39,002 bases of DNA from a virus (Duplodnaviria > Caudoviricetes), in IMG/VR virus record IMGVR_UViG_3300020042_003012, positions 1 to 39,002 of that record. One strand, written 5' to 3'. The translations under genes and the position numbers were made by a program. The stretch's first letter is position 1, and every line of letters starts with the position of its first letter. The notes under the pieces were generated by a model. It was not told the origin of the DNA. It saw nothing but the letters and a program-made list of their open reading frames with translations, and made no database searches. Positions 7,310 through 16,454 of this stretch are shown one piece after another.

Positions 7310-9207
7310 TACTTGATTTAGAAACTACAATGGATTGTCCAGTTGGTAACAACAAGGCTAACCCTATGTGGATGGGTAATAAAATTATTGCCTCTGGTAT
7401 TAAATGGCTACGTGACGGGGCAGATGTACATATATGTTATGCAACTAAAGGAGTAGATACAGAACCTTTGTTAGATGAAATTAGTTTGGCTGCTTTAGTT
7501 GTAGGTCATAACATTAAGTTTGATTTGTTATACATCTACCGCAATACTAGTAATGTCTTGCCACGTGTGTGGGATACACAACTTGCAGCATATCTTTTAT
7601 CAGGACAGAGACATTTATATGCAAGTCTTGATGAGTTAACTGCTGAGTATATAGGCGACCATGCGTTGAAGGATGACAAGATTAAGGAGTATTGGAAAGC
7701 AGGTGTACGTACAGAAGATATACCCGGTGGTGAGTTGTTGGCCTATCTACGTGCAGACGTTAACAACACTGCGACTATCTTTGAGAAGCAATGGGAAGAA
7801 GCAGAACAGTTGGGTATCATGCCGTTGATGTTCACACAGATGGATGCACTACGTGCCACCATTGAGATGAACCGTAATGGTATGTCTCTGAATTGGTATT
7901 ATGTCGATCAAATGTGTAAACAATATGGTGAGGTAGTCAGAGGTACGGCAGAGACAATCAGACTTCTTGTAGGTGATGTTGACTACATGAGTCCTAAGCA
8001 ATTGTCATTGTACTTTTTTGGTGGTGAGGAGAAATATGTAGAACGTGAGTTGGTTGGTGAGTACAAGAATGGTAAGCCTAAGTACAAGAACGTAGACAAG
8101 GTACGCACTGTTAAGGGTAAATATATACCTACTATTGAGGCTGGTAAGAGTGGCTATTACAGTGTAGATGATGCAGTGCTTAAGGGACTGTCATCATCAG
8201 GTGATTTGTTTGCTGCTCAGTTATTAGTAATGCGTGATGCAAAGAAGATTAAGGAGACTTACTATGAAGGATTGAATGACTTACGCTTCCCTAGTGGTTT
8301 GATATACCCTAATCTAAATCATTGTGCAACTAAGACAGGTAGATTGTCTGCTACTAATCCTAACTTACAGAATCAAACTGATTCAGGTAATGTTAAGAGA
8401 GCCTACGTGAGTAGGTTTGTAGGCGGTAAGATACTAGAGCTTGACTATTCACAACTTGAGATGATAGCGTTAGCGTACTTAGCTAATGACAAACAGCTTA
8501 TCGAAGACATTAACAATGGCAGAGATATGCACAAAGAACTGTACAAAGGAATGTATGGACGCTACCCTACAGATGTAGAACGTAAACCATTCAAGCGGTT
8601 TAGTTTCTTGCTTGTGTATGGTGGAGGAGTTACAACTCTTATGGCACAGAGTGGATGCGATAGAGCAACAGCTAAGAAGTTTATTAGTACATTCTACACT
8701 AGGTATAAAGGAGTAAAGGAATACCATGAGTCAATAGTTAAGAAAGCAAATGATGACTGTGTAGTAAGTTATGATGAGAGTAAGAGTGGGCCTCAATACA
8801 CATACTTTCATTCTAGTCCTACAGGTAGACATTACTTATTTAATAAATATGCTAATGAATACAAGAAAGGAGAACTTACATTTAGTCCAACAGAACTAAA
8901 GAACTGGCCTATACAGGGCTTTGCAACAGGTGACGTAGTGCCTATGATGGTAGGTATCTTGTTACGTGAGTTAGAGAGTGCAGATATATCTGGTCAGGCA
9001 TTATTAGTAATGACTGTGCATGATAGCGTAGTACTTGACACAACTCAAGAAGTATGTTATAAAGCAGCTTCTATAGCAAAGAAGACACTGGAGAATGCAC
9101 CAATGTATTTGAAACAGTACTTCGACATAGACTTTCCATGCCAACTAAAGGTTGGTGTAGAAGTAGGTAAAAATTGGCAAGACAAAACAGAACTGGAGTT
9201 AATATGA
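7294..9207 (+). CDS. Family A DNA polymerase with 3'-5' exonuclease
   Basis: Exo motifs DLET, GHNIKFD, YLRAD; TGRLS...PNLQN; motif A DYSQLE; motif B KRFSFLLVYGG (Phe at the 762-equivalent position); motif C VHDS. Confidence 0.95.
   Translation: MGNTLVLDLETTMDCPVGNNKANPMWMGNKIIASGIKWLRDGADVHICYATKGVDTEPLLDEISLAALVVGHNIKFDLLYIYRNTSNVLPRVWDTQLAAYLLSGQRHLYASLDELTAEYIGDHALKDDKIKEYWKAGVRTEDIPGGELLAYLRADVNNTATIFEKQWEEAEQLGIMPLMFTQMDALRATIEMNRNGMSLNWYYVDQMCKQYGEVVRGTAETIRLLVGDVDYMSPKQLSLYFFGGEEKYVERELVGEYKNGKPKYKNVDKVRTVKGKYIPTIEAGKSGYYSVDDAVLKGLSSSGDLFAAQLLVMRDAKKIKETYYEGLNDLRFPSGLIYPNLNHCATKTGRLSATNPNLQNQTDSGNVKRAYVSRFVGGKILELDYSQLEMIALAYLANDKQLIEDINNGRDMHKELYKGMYGRYPTDVERKPFKRFSFLLVYGGGVTTLMAQSGCDRATAKKFISTFYTRYKGVKEYHESIVKKANDDCVVSYDESKSGPQYTYFHSSPTGRHYLFNKYANEYKKGELTFSPTELKNWPIQGFATGDVVPMMVGILLRELESADISGQALLVMTVHDSVVLDTTQEVCYKAASIAKKTLENAPMYLKQYFDIDFPCQLKVGVEVGKNWQDKTELELI
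9035..9063 (+). promoter_or_regulatory. Strong internal sigma70 promoter upstream of the putative SSB gene
   Basis: TTGACA-N17-TATAAA with extended -10 TG. Confidence 0.6.
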
Positions 9208-9710
9208 GTTATATTATTGAGAACATCATTGATAAAGAAGTTAATACCAAGTTTGGCCCTAAGAAAGCCTATTCGGTATTCGCAAATGGCGAACGCTATG
9301 GGTATGGATTCAAGAAGCCTACGTTCTCTATTGGAGATGAGGTTGACTTTCAATTCACAGATAGTACCTATGGTAAACAGGTAGATGAAAAGAGTGTACG
9401 GTTGCTTAGTAAGGGTAATCCCACACCACCCCCTAGCACGTCTGCTACAGCCCCTTCTAAGCCCTCCTATGGGTCGCCAAAGGTATTCCCCATCCCTGCC
9501 CTGCATGGAGATAGAGCCATTGTTCGTCAGAACTCTATTAGCAATGCAGTTAAGTTGATTACAGATAGCGTTAAGCCCACTGACAAATCTAATTGGGAAT
9601 CATTGGCTAATGAAGTTATTGAGATAGCACGTATGTTTGAAGCCTACTCATGTGGTGACTTAGATATGGAACAAGCTATCGCTATGGCTGACACTAAGGC
9701 TGATGAATGA
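9204..9710 (+). CDS. Putative ssDNA-binding / OB-fold protein
   Basis: GGAG RBS before ATG 9204; beta-rich N-domain (KEVNTKFG), Pro/Ser linker, acidic end; follows the polymerase. Confidence 0.5.
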   Translation: MSYIIENIIDKEVNTKFGPKKAYSVFANGERYGYGFKKPTFSIGDEVDFQFTDSTYGKQVDEKSVRLLSKGNPTPPPSTSATAPSKPSYGSPKVFPIPALHGDRAIVRQNSISNAVKLITDSVKPTDKSNWESLANEVIEIARMFEAYSCGDLDMEQAIAMADTKADE

Positions 9711-10531
9711 AAACAATTGACACGTTAGTAGCTGACATGTACTCAGTGGTATCTGGTGGCATTCCTAATGCTACTAGTAACACGAATGTATCTGTCAGTT
9801 ACGACAAGTGGTTTACACCACGAGGTAGTGAACGTGACGAGAAGGTATTGTACTTTAGTGAGGTAGGCACACCATGCCCACGACAGCTATGGTACAAATA
9901 CAATGCACCTGAGATTGCCACTAAACCTGATGGTAATCTATTGCTTAAATTCTTCTATGGTGATATACTTGAGGAACTGGTACTGAACGTAGCAGAGAGT
10001 GCAGGGCACAAAGTAGAAGCTAAGCAGGAACGTGTGTTGTATGAAGTGGGTGGTGGTTGGTATGTTCGTGGACGTATTGATGCCGTAATTGATGGGGTAG
10101 TGGTTGACGTTAAGAGTGTTACAAAGTACTCCGAAGAAAAATTCAAAGGAGGACTTGTCGATGACCCATTTGGTTACTATCAACAACTAAACGGATATGC
10201 TGCTGCTCTCAATAATGACACTGCTGGTTTTGTTACTATACAAAAAGAGTTAGGTCACATCAACTACTACCCTATCCAAGTGGATAGAGGTTTATTTGCA
10301 CAACAGGCAGACTTTGCTGTTGAGACAGTTACTAGTAACATTGCTGAGATTCCTAGACTCGAAGCAGTGCCACAAAGTAAGACGAGTAAGAATAAGAAAC
10401 TATGCACAGCGTGTAGCTATTGTTCTTTTAAAGGCGAGTGCTGGCCTGAGATGCGTACATTCTTGTACAGTCATGGGCCAGAATTTTTGGTAGATGTAGT
10501 GGATGTTCCACGTGTAATGGAGGTAGTATAA
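9707..10531 (+). CDS. PD-(D/E)XK Cas4-like exonuclease
   Basis: CPRQLWY, GRIDA..DVKS, QxxxY, C-terminal CTACSYC.....C Cys cluster. Confidence 0.85.
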   Translation: MKTIDTLVADMYSVVSGGIPNATSNTNVSVSYDKWFTPRGSERDEKVLYFSEVGTPCPRQLWYKYNAPEIATKPDGNLLLKFFYGDILEELVLNVAESAGHKVEAKQERVLYEVGGGWYVRGRIDAVIDGVVVDVKSVTKYSEEKFKGGLVDDPFGYYQQLNGYAAALNNDTAGFVTIQKELGHINYYPIQVDRGLFAQQADFAVETVTSNIAEIPRLEAVPQSKTSKNKKLCTACSYCSFKGECWPEMRTFLYSHGPEFLVDVVDVPRVMEVV

Positions 10532-10800
10532 TGTTTGGAATTCTTAATAGAAAAATTAAAGGTGCATCAGCACGTAAGTTTTTGGGTACAGATAATAACG
10601 CATACATCCAGTGGCAAGTAGACCATGATGGTGATGCTAGGCTTTCTGTCCATGATGGTCGTGAAACTGTTCACTTTAGTGAGTGGATTGCACATAACGA
10701 CCAAAAGGATGCGGCTGCGTTTGATAAGAAGATGGTTCTTATTGTTGATGAGATCAATGCAATGCGTAAAGCCATGAAAACCAAGACGGTTAAGAAATGA
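10531..10800 (+). CDS. Hypothetical protein
   Basis: Coupled ORF with GGAGG RBS. Confidence 0.75.
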   Translation: MFGILNRKIKGASARKFLGTDNNAYIQWQVDHDGDARLSVHDGRETVHFSEWIAHNDQKDAAAFDKKMVLIVDEINAMRKAMKTKTVKK

Positions 10801-11567
10801 AAATACTAGTAATACCTGATTGTCAAATTAAGGAAGGTGTTCCTACTGACCATCTGGTATGGGCAGGTAAGGCTATCTGTGAATATAAACCTGATGTTGT
10901 GATTAACATGGGTGACTTTGCAGATATGCCTAGCCTATCTACACATGATAAAGTTGGTAGCAAATACTTTGAGGGATTACGGTATAAGAAAGACATTGAC
11001 GTAGCTAAAGAAGCTATGGCTAAACTTCTTGCACCTATCAAAGATATGCAGAATAAGCAGAAGAAAAACAAGGAGAAGGTTTATAAGCCACGTATGGTGA
11101 TGCTTATGGGCAACCATGAGAACCGCATAACTCGTGCTGTAAACAACAATCCTACACTAGAAGGGCTTATATCAACTAAAGATTTGTGTTACGAAGACGA
11201 TTGGGAAGTGCATGAGTTTCTACATCCTGTGTTTATTAATGGTGTTGGTTTTAACCATTATTGGCCTGTTGGGGCGATGGGACGACCTGCGAGTAGTGCG
11301 GCTACTATTATTAATAAGCTACATATGTCTTGTGTTGCTGGTCACCAACAAGGTAAGCAAGTTGCCTACAGTAAACGAGCAGATGGTAAACCAGTATGTG
11401 CTATAATTGCGGGTAGTTATTATCTACATGATGAGAGCTACATGGACAAGCTTAGCAATAGACACTGGCGAGGTTTGGTTGTGTTGAATGAGGTTGAGGA
11501 TGGTCATTTCGATGAGATGTTCTTGAGCATTGAATATCTTGGGAGAAAATATGAACTACTCGGATAA
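10797..11567 (+). CDS. Calcineurin-like metallophosphoesterase
   Basis: PDCQ, GDFAD, GNHE, NH and GHQQ metal-binding motifs. Confidence 0.85.
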   Translation: MKILVIPDCQIKEGVPTDHLVWAGKAICEYKPDVVINMGDFADMPSLSTHDKVGSKYFEGLRYKKDIDVAKEAMAKLLAPIKDMQNKQKKNKEKVYKPRMVMLMGNHENRITRAVNNNPTLEGLISTKDLCYEDDWEVHEFLHPVFINGVGFNHYWPVGAMGRPASSAATIINKLHMSCVAGHQQGKQVAYSKRADGKPVCAIIAGSYYLHDESYMDKLSNRHWRGLVVLNEVEDGHFDEMFLSIEYLGRKYELLG

Positions 11568-11784
11568 GCTTCTTGCAGTAACTAGATTTGTGGAGGATAA
11601 TTTTGATGACCCAGTTGAACTAATAATTGCGTTAGGTGTATCAGTTGAAGACATAATCAAACTATTACCTGACGTACTTGTTGCAAACTATACTAACTTT
11701 TATCCGACACATGACTACACAGAAGAAGACACAATTGAAGAAGACGAAGCAGACCTTGGAACTGGAGAAGATTGGGAAGACTAG
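11551..11784 (+). CDS. Acidic hypothetical protein
   Basis: GGAG RBS before ATG 11551; very acidic C-terminus. Confidence 0.7.
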   Translation: MNYSDKLLAVTRFVEDNFDDPVELIIALGVSVEDIIKLLPDVLVANYTNFYPTHDYTEEDTIEEDEADLGTGEDWED

Positions 11785-11872
11785 GAAGCGTGCTGTTATT
11801 AATAACGCACAGACTAAAGAGTGGAATAAACAATTGCAAGACTTTAAACAAAGGGAACAAAATGAAATTTAA
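11711..11872 (+). CDS. Basic hypothetical protein overlapping the previous gene
   Basis: ATG 11711, MTTQKKTQLKK...; fills the otherwise empty 11785-11861 gap; weak RBS. Confidence 0.45.
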   Translation: MTTQKKTQLKKTKQTLELEKIGKTRKRAVINNAQTKEWNKQLQDFKQREQNEI

Positions 11873-12116
11873 ATTTGAACTTGAAGAATATGGCGTTAAA
11901 CACATAGTTGAGGGTGATCTTGGTGAGTGGACTACATATGCAGATGTAGCACAAAACTTTGCTAACCTGATTAGCGGTGCGTATGGATATACAATTTATA
12001 TTGATGCAACTACAGAAAACGGTAAGCCTCTTACAGAAGAAGAATTGTGGGACAAGTTGGCTGAACAAGAAGAAGAACCTGTCAAGTCAAAGAAACGCAA
12101 AGCTAAGTCCGAGTAA
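11862..12116 (+). CDS. Hypothetical protein (MKFKFELEE...)
   Basis: AAGGGA RBS before ATG 11862. Confidence 0.7.
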   Translation: MKFKFELEEYGVKHIVEGDLGEWTTYADVAQNFANLISGAYGYTIYIDATTENGKPLTEEELWDKLAEQEEEPVKSKKRKAKSE

Positions 12117-12119
12117 AGC

Positions 12120-12139
12120 AATACCCCTTCGGGGGTGTT
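12120..12139 (+). terminator. Hairpin with cUUCGg tetraloop
   Basis: AATACCCC-TTCG-GGGGTGTT directly after the stop; no long U tract. Confidence 0.5.
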
Positions 12140-12153
12140 AAGGAGAAGAACAC

Positions 12154-12339
12154 ATGACGCCCGATTTACAACAAATATTGCATGAAATAACAGTGCGGCT
12201 AACAAAACTTGAAGCACAGCGCACATGGGTAGGGCTGACGGTTGAAGAAATAGCGGCTTGTTGCATGGAGTCCACAACAACACAGCTTAGTTTTTATAAC
12301 GCTATCGAAGCCAAACTGAAGGAGAAGAACAATGGCTAG
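12154..12339 (+). CDS. Small phage protein with WVGLTxEE...AIEAKLKEKN motif
   Basis: AAGGAG RBS; motif recalled from small proteins of betaproteobacterial phages (not verified by search). Confidence 0.75.
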   Translation: MTPDLQQILHEITVRLTKLEAQRTWVGLTVEEIAACCMESTTTQLSFYNAIEAKLKEKNNG

Positions 12340-12478
12340 TTGGCTTATTGCAATGATAGGTGTTGTGTACACAATAGTAGCTATCCAGTTACTAGTAACA
12401 GGCAAGACAGGACTAGGCATAGCCTTCATTGGTTATGCACTAGGTAATGTAGGCTTATACATGGAAACTAGATTATGA
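12332..12478 (+). CDS. Small two-TM membrane protein (48 aa, MASWLIAMIGVVY...)
   Basis: Manual translation; AAGGAG RBS; ATGA overlap with the next gene; not in the ORF track. Confidence 0.75.
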   Translation: MASWLIAMIGVVYTIVAIQLLVTGKTGLGIAFIGYALGNVGLYMETRL

Positions 12479-12693
12479 AAACAATTATACATGTTAACCA
12501 ACATGTTATTAAATCTAACCGCAAGAACAATGAAGTTAATCCTGTGTTAACTGTTAAGACGTATAAAACAAATACATACGGGTCTAGCGTGTCCATTGCA
12601 GGGCCTTGCAAAGTAGTGTATAATCCAACTAAACCACTATCTTGTGGTGCACATGTGTGGATTGAAACTGAATCAGAGGTAATTGTTTCGTGA
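12475..12693 (+). CDS. Conserved phage hypothetical protein (IHVNQH...PLSCGAHVWIET)
   Basis: Coupled ORF. Confidence 0.75.
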   Translation: MKTIIHVNQHVIKSNRKNNEVNPVLTVKTYKTNTYGSSVSIAGPCKVVYNPTKPLSCGAHVWIETESEVIVS

Positions 12694-13082
12694 GAAACAA
12701 CGGTGAGTGGACAGAGGGTCGCTATCGTAGCTTCATTACTTCTACTCTGCGTGGTGGTATGCGTAGATGGCCTCCTAAATGGGTTGCACTTAAAACTGCA
12801 TTCGTAGGTAAGAAGATCAATAAGAAGACAGGTAAGCAAGCAATGCACTATAAGTGTGCTGCATGTAGTAAAGACTACGTATCTAAAGATGTTCAAGTAG
12901 ACCATGTTAATCCAGTAGTTGACCCCACTACTGGTTTTGTGTCTTGGGATGTATACATTGATAGGTTGTTCTGTGAAGGTGAGAACCTACAAGTGTTATG
13001 CTCTACATGTCATAAGAAGAAAACAGCTAAGGAGAAAGATGATGCAAAACGAGGAAGAAGCGTGGTTACACCACACGATTAA
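12690..13082 (+). CDS. HNH endonuclease
   Basis: CxxC...VDHVNP...NLQVLCxxCH. Confidence 0.85.
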   Translation: MRNNGEWTEGRYRSFITSTLRGGMRRWPPKWVALKTAFVGKKINKKTGKQAMHYKCAACSKDYVSKDVQVDHVNPVVDPTTGFVSWDVYIDRLFCEGENLQVLCSTCHKKKTAKEKDDAKRGRSVVTPHD

Positions 13083-13224
13083 AGCGTTTGATGAGATTGT
13101 GTGTTCAGGTAAGTATGGCCCTTTGTTCTATAAGATGTTGAGTAATGATGCTAAACAAATCTTATTTAACATGAAGATGTTAGAAGAAAACAAGATGGAG
13201 ATAAATCATGTCAACGGGATTTAG
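13039..13224 (+). CDS. Hypothetical protein (MMQNEEEAW...)
   Basis: AAGGAG RBS before ATG 13039. Confidence 0.65.
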   Translation: MMQNEEEAWLHHTIKAFDEIVCSGKYGPLFYKMLSNDAKQILFNMKMLEENKMEINHVNGI

Positions 13225-13342
13225 ATTTATGGGAGGTCTTGCATTTGGGTTTGAATTAAATGCAGGGCCGGGATTATATTTATGTATCTACTTAGGTATT
13301 GTAGAGATTGCATTTTTTAATGAAGATAAACTGGAGGATTAA
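13208..13342 (+). CDS. Small hydrophobic protein (44 aa, MSTGFRFMGG...)
   Basis: Manual translation; GGAG RBS; TAATG coupling to the RNR start. Confidence 0.6.
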   Translation: MSTGFRFMGGLAFGFELNAGPGLYLCIYLGIVEIAFFNEDKLED

Positions 13343-15234
13343 TGGATAGTTACCAAACATTTATTGCTAAGAGTCGTTACTCACGATTCATCGATACTAG
13401 TAACAGACGTGAGCATTGGCCTGAGACTGTAGATCGTTACATGGGTTTTATGCACAAGCATCTTGAAACTAAGATGAACTACCATATGCCACAAGAGTTG
13501 TTTAATGAATTGCATAGTGCCATTCTTAATCACGAAGTAATGCCATCTATGCGAGCTATGATGACTGCTGGTACAGCATTAGATCGTGACAACACTGCTG
13601 GTTACAATTGTAGCTATCTACCTGTTGATGATGTAAAGAGTTTTGACGAAGCCATGTACATTCTGTTATGTGGCACTGGTGTTGGTTTTAGTGTGGAGAG
13701 TAAATATGTTTCGAAATTACCTGATGTACCTGCGCTCATGTTTAACAGTGACACTACAATTGTGGTGTCAGACAGTAAAGCAGGTTGGGCAAAAGCTTTA
13801 CGACAAATTCTTGCACTTCTGTACAGTGGTGAAATCCCAAAATGGGACGTAAGTAAAGTACGTCCTGCGGGTACTCGACTTAAAGTGTTTGGTGGTAGAG
13901 CATCAGGCCCTGAACCATTGGTAGACTTGTTCAAGTTTGTTATTAGTAAGTTTCAGGGTGCTGCTGGTCGTAAGTTGAACAGCCTTGAGTGCCATGACAT
14001 TATGTGTAAGATTGGTGAAGTAGTTGTAGTAGGTGGTGTGCGTAGGTCTGCTATGATTAGTTTGTCTGATTTGTCTGACGATAGGATGAGACATGCTAAA
14101 AGCGGAAATTGGTGGGAGCGAGAGGGACAACGAGCTTTGGCAAACAACAGTGCCTCTTATAATGACAAGCCCACAGTTGGGGAATTTATGTCAGAATGGT
14201 TGGCGTTGTATCAGTCTCACAGCGGAGAACGGGGGATTTTCTCAAGGCAAGCTGCTAAGCATACGGTTGAAAAGAATGGAAGACGAGATAGCAACTTTGA
14301 CTTTGGAACTAATCCTTGTTCCGAGATCATTTTACGTCCATATCAATTCTGTAACCTTACTGAAGTGGTCGCCAGAGAAACTGACACTGAATCTAGCCTT
14401 CTCCGAAAAGTGCGACTTGCCACTATCTTGGGAACTTTCCAGTCTACTCTCACAGAATTTCCATATCTTAGAAAAATCTGGCAGAACAATACTGAAGCTG
14501 AACGACTTCTTGGAGTATCCATCACAGGAATCCTTGACTGCAAGTTGTTGAACGATGTAAATGATGTGGGTCTGTCATCAAGATTGGAGATGTTACGTGA
14601 ACAAGCAGTTACTAGTAATAAGGAGTTTGCTGAGACTCTCGGAATCCCTCAGTCTGCGGCAATTACTTGTGTCAAGCCATCTGGCACTGTGTCGCAACTT
14701 GTGGATAGTGCTTCGGGTATACATGCTCGCCATAGCCAGTATTATATTCGTCGTGTACGAAATGATAACAAAGACCCTATTACACAGTTTCTTAAAGATC
14801 AGGGAATACCTGCGGAAGTTGATGTAATGAAACCTTTGGATACAACTATCTTTAGCTTTCCTATGAAAGCACCTGACGGTTGTATTACACGTGATGAGTT
14901 AGATAGCTTTACTCACCTGAAGTTGTGGCTTGCCTACCAACGTCATTGGTGCGAACATAAGCCATCTGTAACTGTGTATGTCAAAGAAGAAGATTGGCCC
15001 TCAGTAGGTGCATGGGTGTGGGAACACTTCGATGAGATTAGTGGCATTTCATTCCTCCCTTGGGATGGTGGCACATATCGTCAAGCACCCTACGAGGAGA
15101 TTAATCAATCTGAGTATGAGGCTATGAAAGGTAAGATGCCATCTACAATTGATTGGGATGCATTCATTGAAACTACCGATAACGTTGAGGGAGCACAACA
15201 GCTTGCTTGCGTAGCGGGGGTATGTGAAATCTGA
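13342..15234 (+). CDS. nrdJ: Class II (adenosylcobalamin-dependent) ribonucleotide reductase
   Basis: NC, NPCSE, CNL, KPSGT motifs; C-terminal ACVAGVCEI Cys pair; no beta subunit gene in the window. Confidence 0.9.
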   Translation: MDSYQTFIAKSRYSRFIDTSNRREHWPETVDRYMGFMHKHLETKMNYHMPQELFNELHSAILNHEVMPSMRAMMTAGTALDRDNTAGYNCSYLPVDDVKSFDEAMYILLCGTGVGFSVESKYVSKLPDVPALMFNSDTTIVVSDSKAGWAKALRQILALLYSGEIPKWDVSKVRPAGTRLKVFGGRASGPEPLVDLFKFVISKFQGAAGRKLNSLECHDIMCKIGEVVVVGGVRRSAMISLSDLSDDRMRHAKSGNWWEREGQRALANNSASYNDKPTVGEFMSEWLALYQSHSGERGIFSRQAAKHTVEKNGRRDSNFDFGTNPCSEIILRPYQFCNLTEVVARETDTESSLLRKVRLATILGTFQSTLTEFPYLRKIWQNNTEAERLLGVSITGILDCKLLNDVNDVGLSSRLEMLREQAVTSNKEFAETLGIPQSAAITCVKPSGTVSQLVDSASGIHARHSQYYIRRVRNDNKDPITQFLKDQGIPAEVDVMKPLDTTIFSFPMKAPDGCITRDELDSFTHLKLWLAYQRHWCEHKPSVTVYVKEEDWPSVGAWVWEHFDEISGISFLPWDGGTYRQAPYEEINQSEYEAMKGKMPSTIDWDAFIETTDNVEGAQQLACVAGVCEI

Positions 15235-15733
15235 TAAAGAGCTTATCGCAGAGGCATTAGGGGGCAGTGAGAAGGCTTACGCCACCCTAGTGTCAATGTA
15301 TAGACAACGTATATACAGATTCATACGTAGGAGAGTGAATGATGATGCACAGGCAGAAGAAATAACTCAGGATGTATTGCTAGATGCATACAGGGGATTA
15401 GGGGCGTTTAAAGGCGATAGTCAGCTATACACATGGCTCTGTACCATTGCCAATAGAAAGTGCCTTAGACAGCCGTTTAACAGCCTTAAAACAGATGTTG
15501 AGATGGTAGACATGGTTACTCCTGAATCCTTGCTTGCAGTTAAGCAAAAGGTAGAAGGTGTAACTGCTGTCTGTAATACATTGCCTAACAAGCAACGTAG
15601 AGCACTGTTGTTAAAAGAATACGATGGGTTGTCTTACGTAGAAATATCTGCTATATTGGGTTGTTCGCCTAAGTATGCAAAGAAGCTTGTATGGAAGGCT
15701 AAGAAAACAATCAGAAAGGAAATGAATGACTAA
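15224..15733 (+). CDS. ECF sigma factor, RpoE-like
   Basis: Sigma2 region (SDKELI...AEEITQDVLLDAYRGLGAFKGDSQLYTWLCTIA) and sigma4 region (LPNKQRRALLLKEYDGLSYVEISAILGC). Confidence 0.9.
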   Translation: MKSDKELIAEALGGSEKAYATLVSMYRQRIYRFIRRRVNDDAQAEEITQDVLLDAYRGLGAFKGDSQLYTWLCTIANRKCLRQPFNSLKTDVEMVDMVTPESLLAVKQKVEGVTAVCNTLPNKQRRALLLKEYDGLSYVEISAILGCSPKYAKKLVWKAKKTIRKEMND

Positions 15734-15911
15734 CGATGATAGCTATAAAATGATGGACGCTATGCGTAGGCACATGGGTCTTAACGTGTACGAGACAGAT
15801 AAGACACTAGAAATTGTCTTGACATTCAAAACTACTGATGGTAAAGTACATCAAATCTGTAACAGTTTTAAGGAGAAGAAAGATGATTTTAAAAGTACTC
15901 AACGAAAATGA
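15726..15911 (+). CDS. Hypothetical protein
   Basis: Coupled ORF with AAGGA RBS. Confidence 0.6.
   Translation: MTNDDSYKMMDAMRRHMGLNVYETDKTLEIVLTFKTTDGKVHQICNSFKEKKDDFKSTQRK
15819..15847 (+). promoter_or_regulatory. Internal sigma70 promoter
   Basis: TTGACA-N17-TAAAGT with extended -10 TG, 36 bp before ATG 15883. Confidence 0.5.
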
Positions 15912-16062
15912 TGATGGTAGTGTTGATGTTCAACTAAATGACATTAGCCCAGAGATGCATCAACTAATCTTACAGACAGGGTTTATTAAACTTATACAAG
16001 ATGCAATGGATAAAGCAGAGAAAGAAGATAAGCTTCCTGCTCTGTTCAAGAAAGCAGAATGA
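15883..16062 (+). CDS. Hypothetical protein (MILKVLNENDDGS...)
   Basis: AAGGAG RBS before ATG 15883. Confidence 0.7.
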   Translation: MILKVLNENDDGSVDVQLNDISPEMHQLILQTGFIKLIQDAMDKAEKEDKLPALFKKAE

Positions 16063-16454
16063 TGGATAGTTATGAAGAAGTAATGAGTAAACAGTATGGC
16101 GGTAGTCATTACAAGGGTCATAAGATTCAGCCATGGGAGATTTGGGAAGCCTATGATATGAATGGTTGGGAAGCAAGTGCATTAAAATACTTGATACGCC
16201 ATAAATATAAGGGTGACTCTATAGGGGACTTAATGAAGGCTAAGCACAACATTGAGTATTTAATTGCAAGAGAAGAAAGGAAACAACGTGTACAAAATCA
16301 AACGAGTGAAGGGCAGTCTGCCAAAGTCTTTGAAAGCATTATTCGTGAGCTACGATCAAGCAAGATCAGCCCTACGGAAGCATCTGAGATTGCAAGCAAA
16401 GGTATCTGGAGGAGAACATCTAACTATGACGATGATGCGCCTCTTGGGATTTGA
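16059..16454 (+). CDS. DUF3310 (T7 gp1.7-like) protein
   Basis: QYGGSHY...IQP...ALKYLIR..YKG....DL.KA..NIEYLI signature. Confidence 0.8.
   Translation: MMDSYEEVMSKQYGGSHYKGHKIQPWEIWEAYDMNGWEASALKYLIRHKYKGDSIGDLMKAKHNIEYLIAREERKQRVQNQTSEGQSAKVFESIIRELRSSKISPTEASEIASKGIWRRTSNYDDDAPLGI

Noticed and set aside
284-7552. Repeated palindrome as a CRISPR array or REP/IS ends
   Set aside because: Only 8-14 bp, spaced hundreds of bp apart and mostly inside genes; no transposase or repeat-spacer structure
9707-10531. Cas4-like nuclease as part of a CRISPR-Cas system
   Set aside because: No other cas genes or array; stand-alone Cas4-like exonucleases are common in phage replication modules
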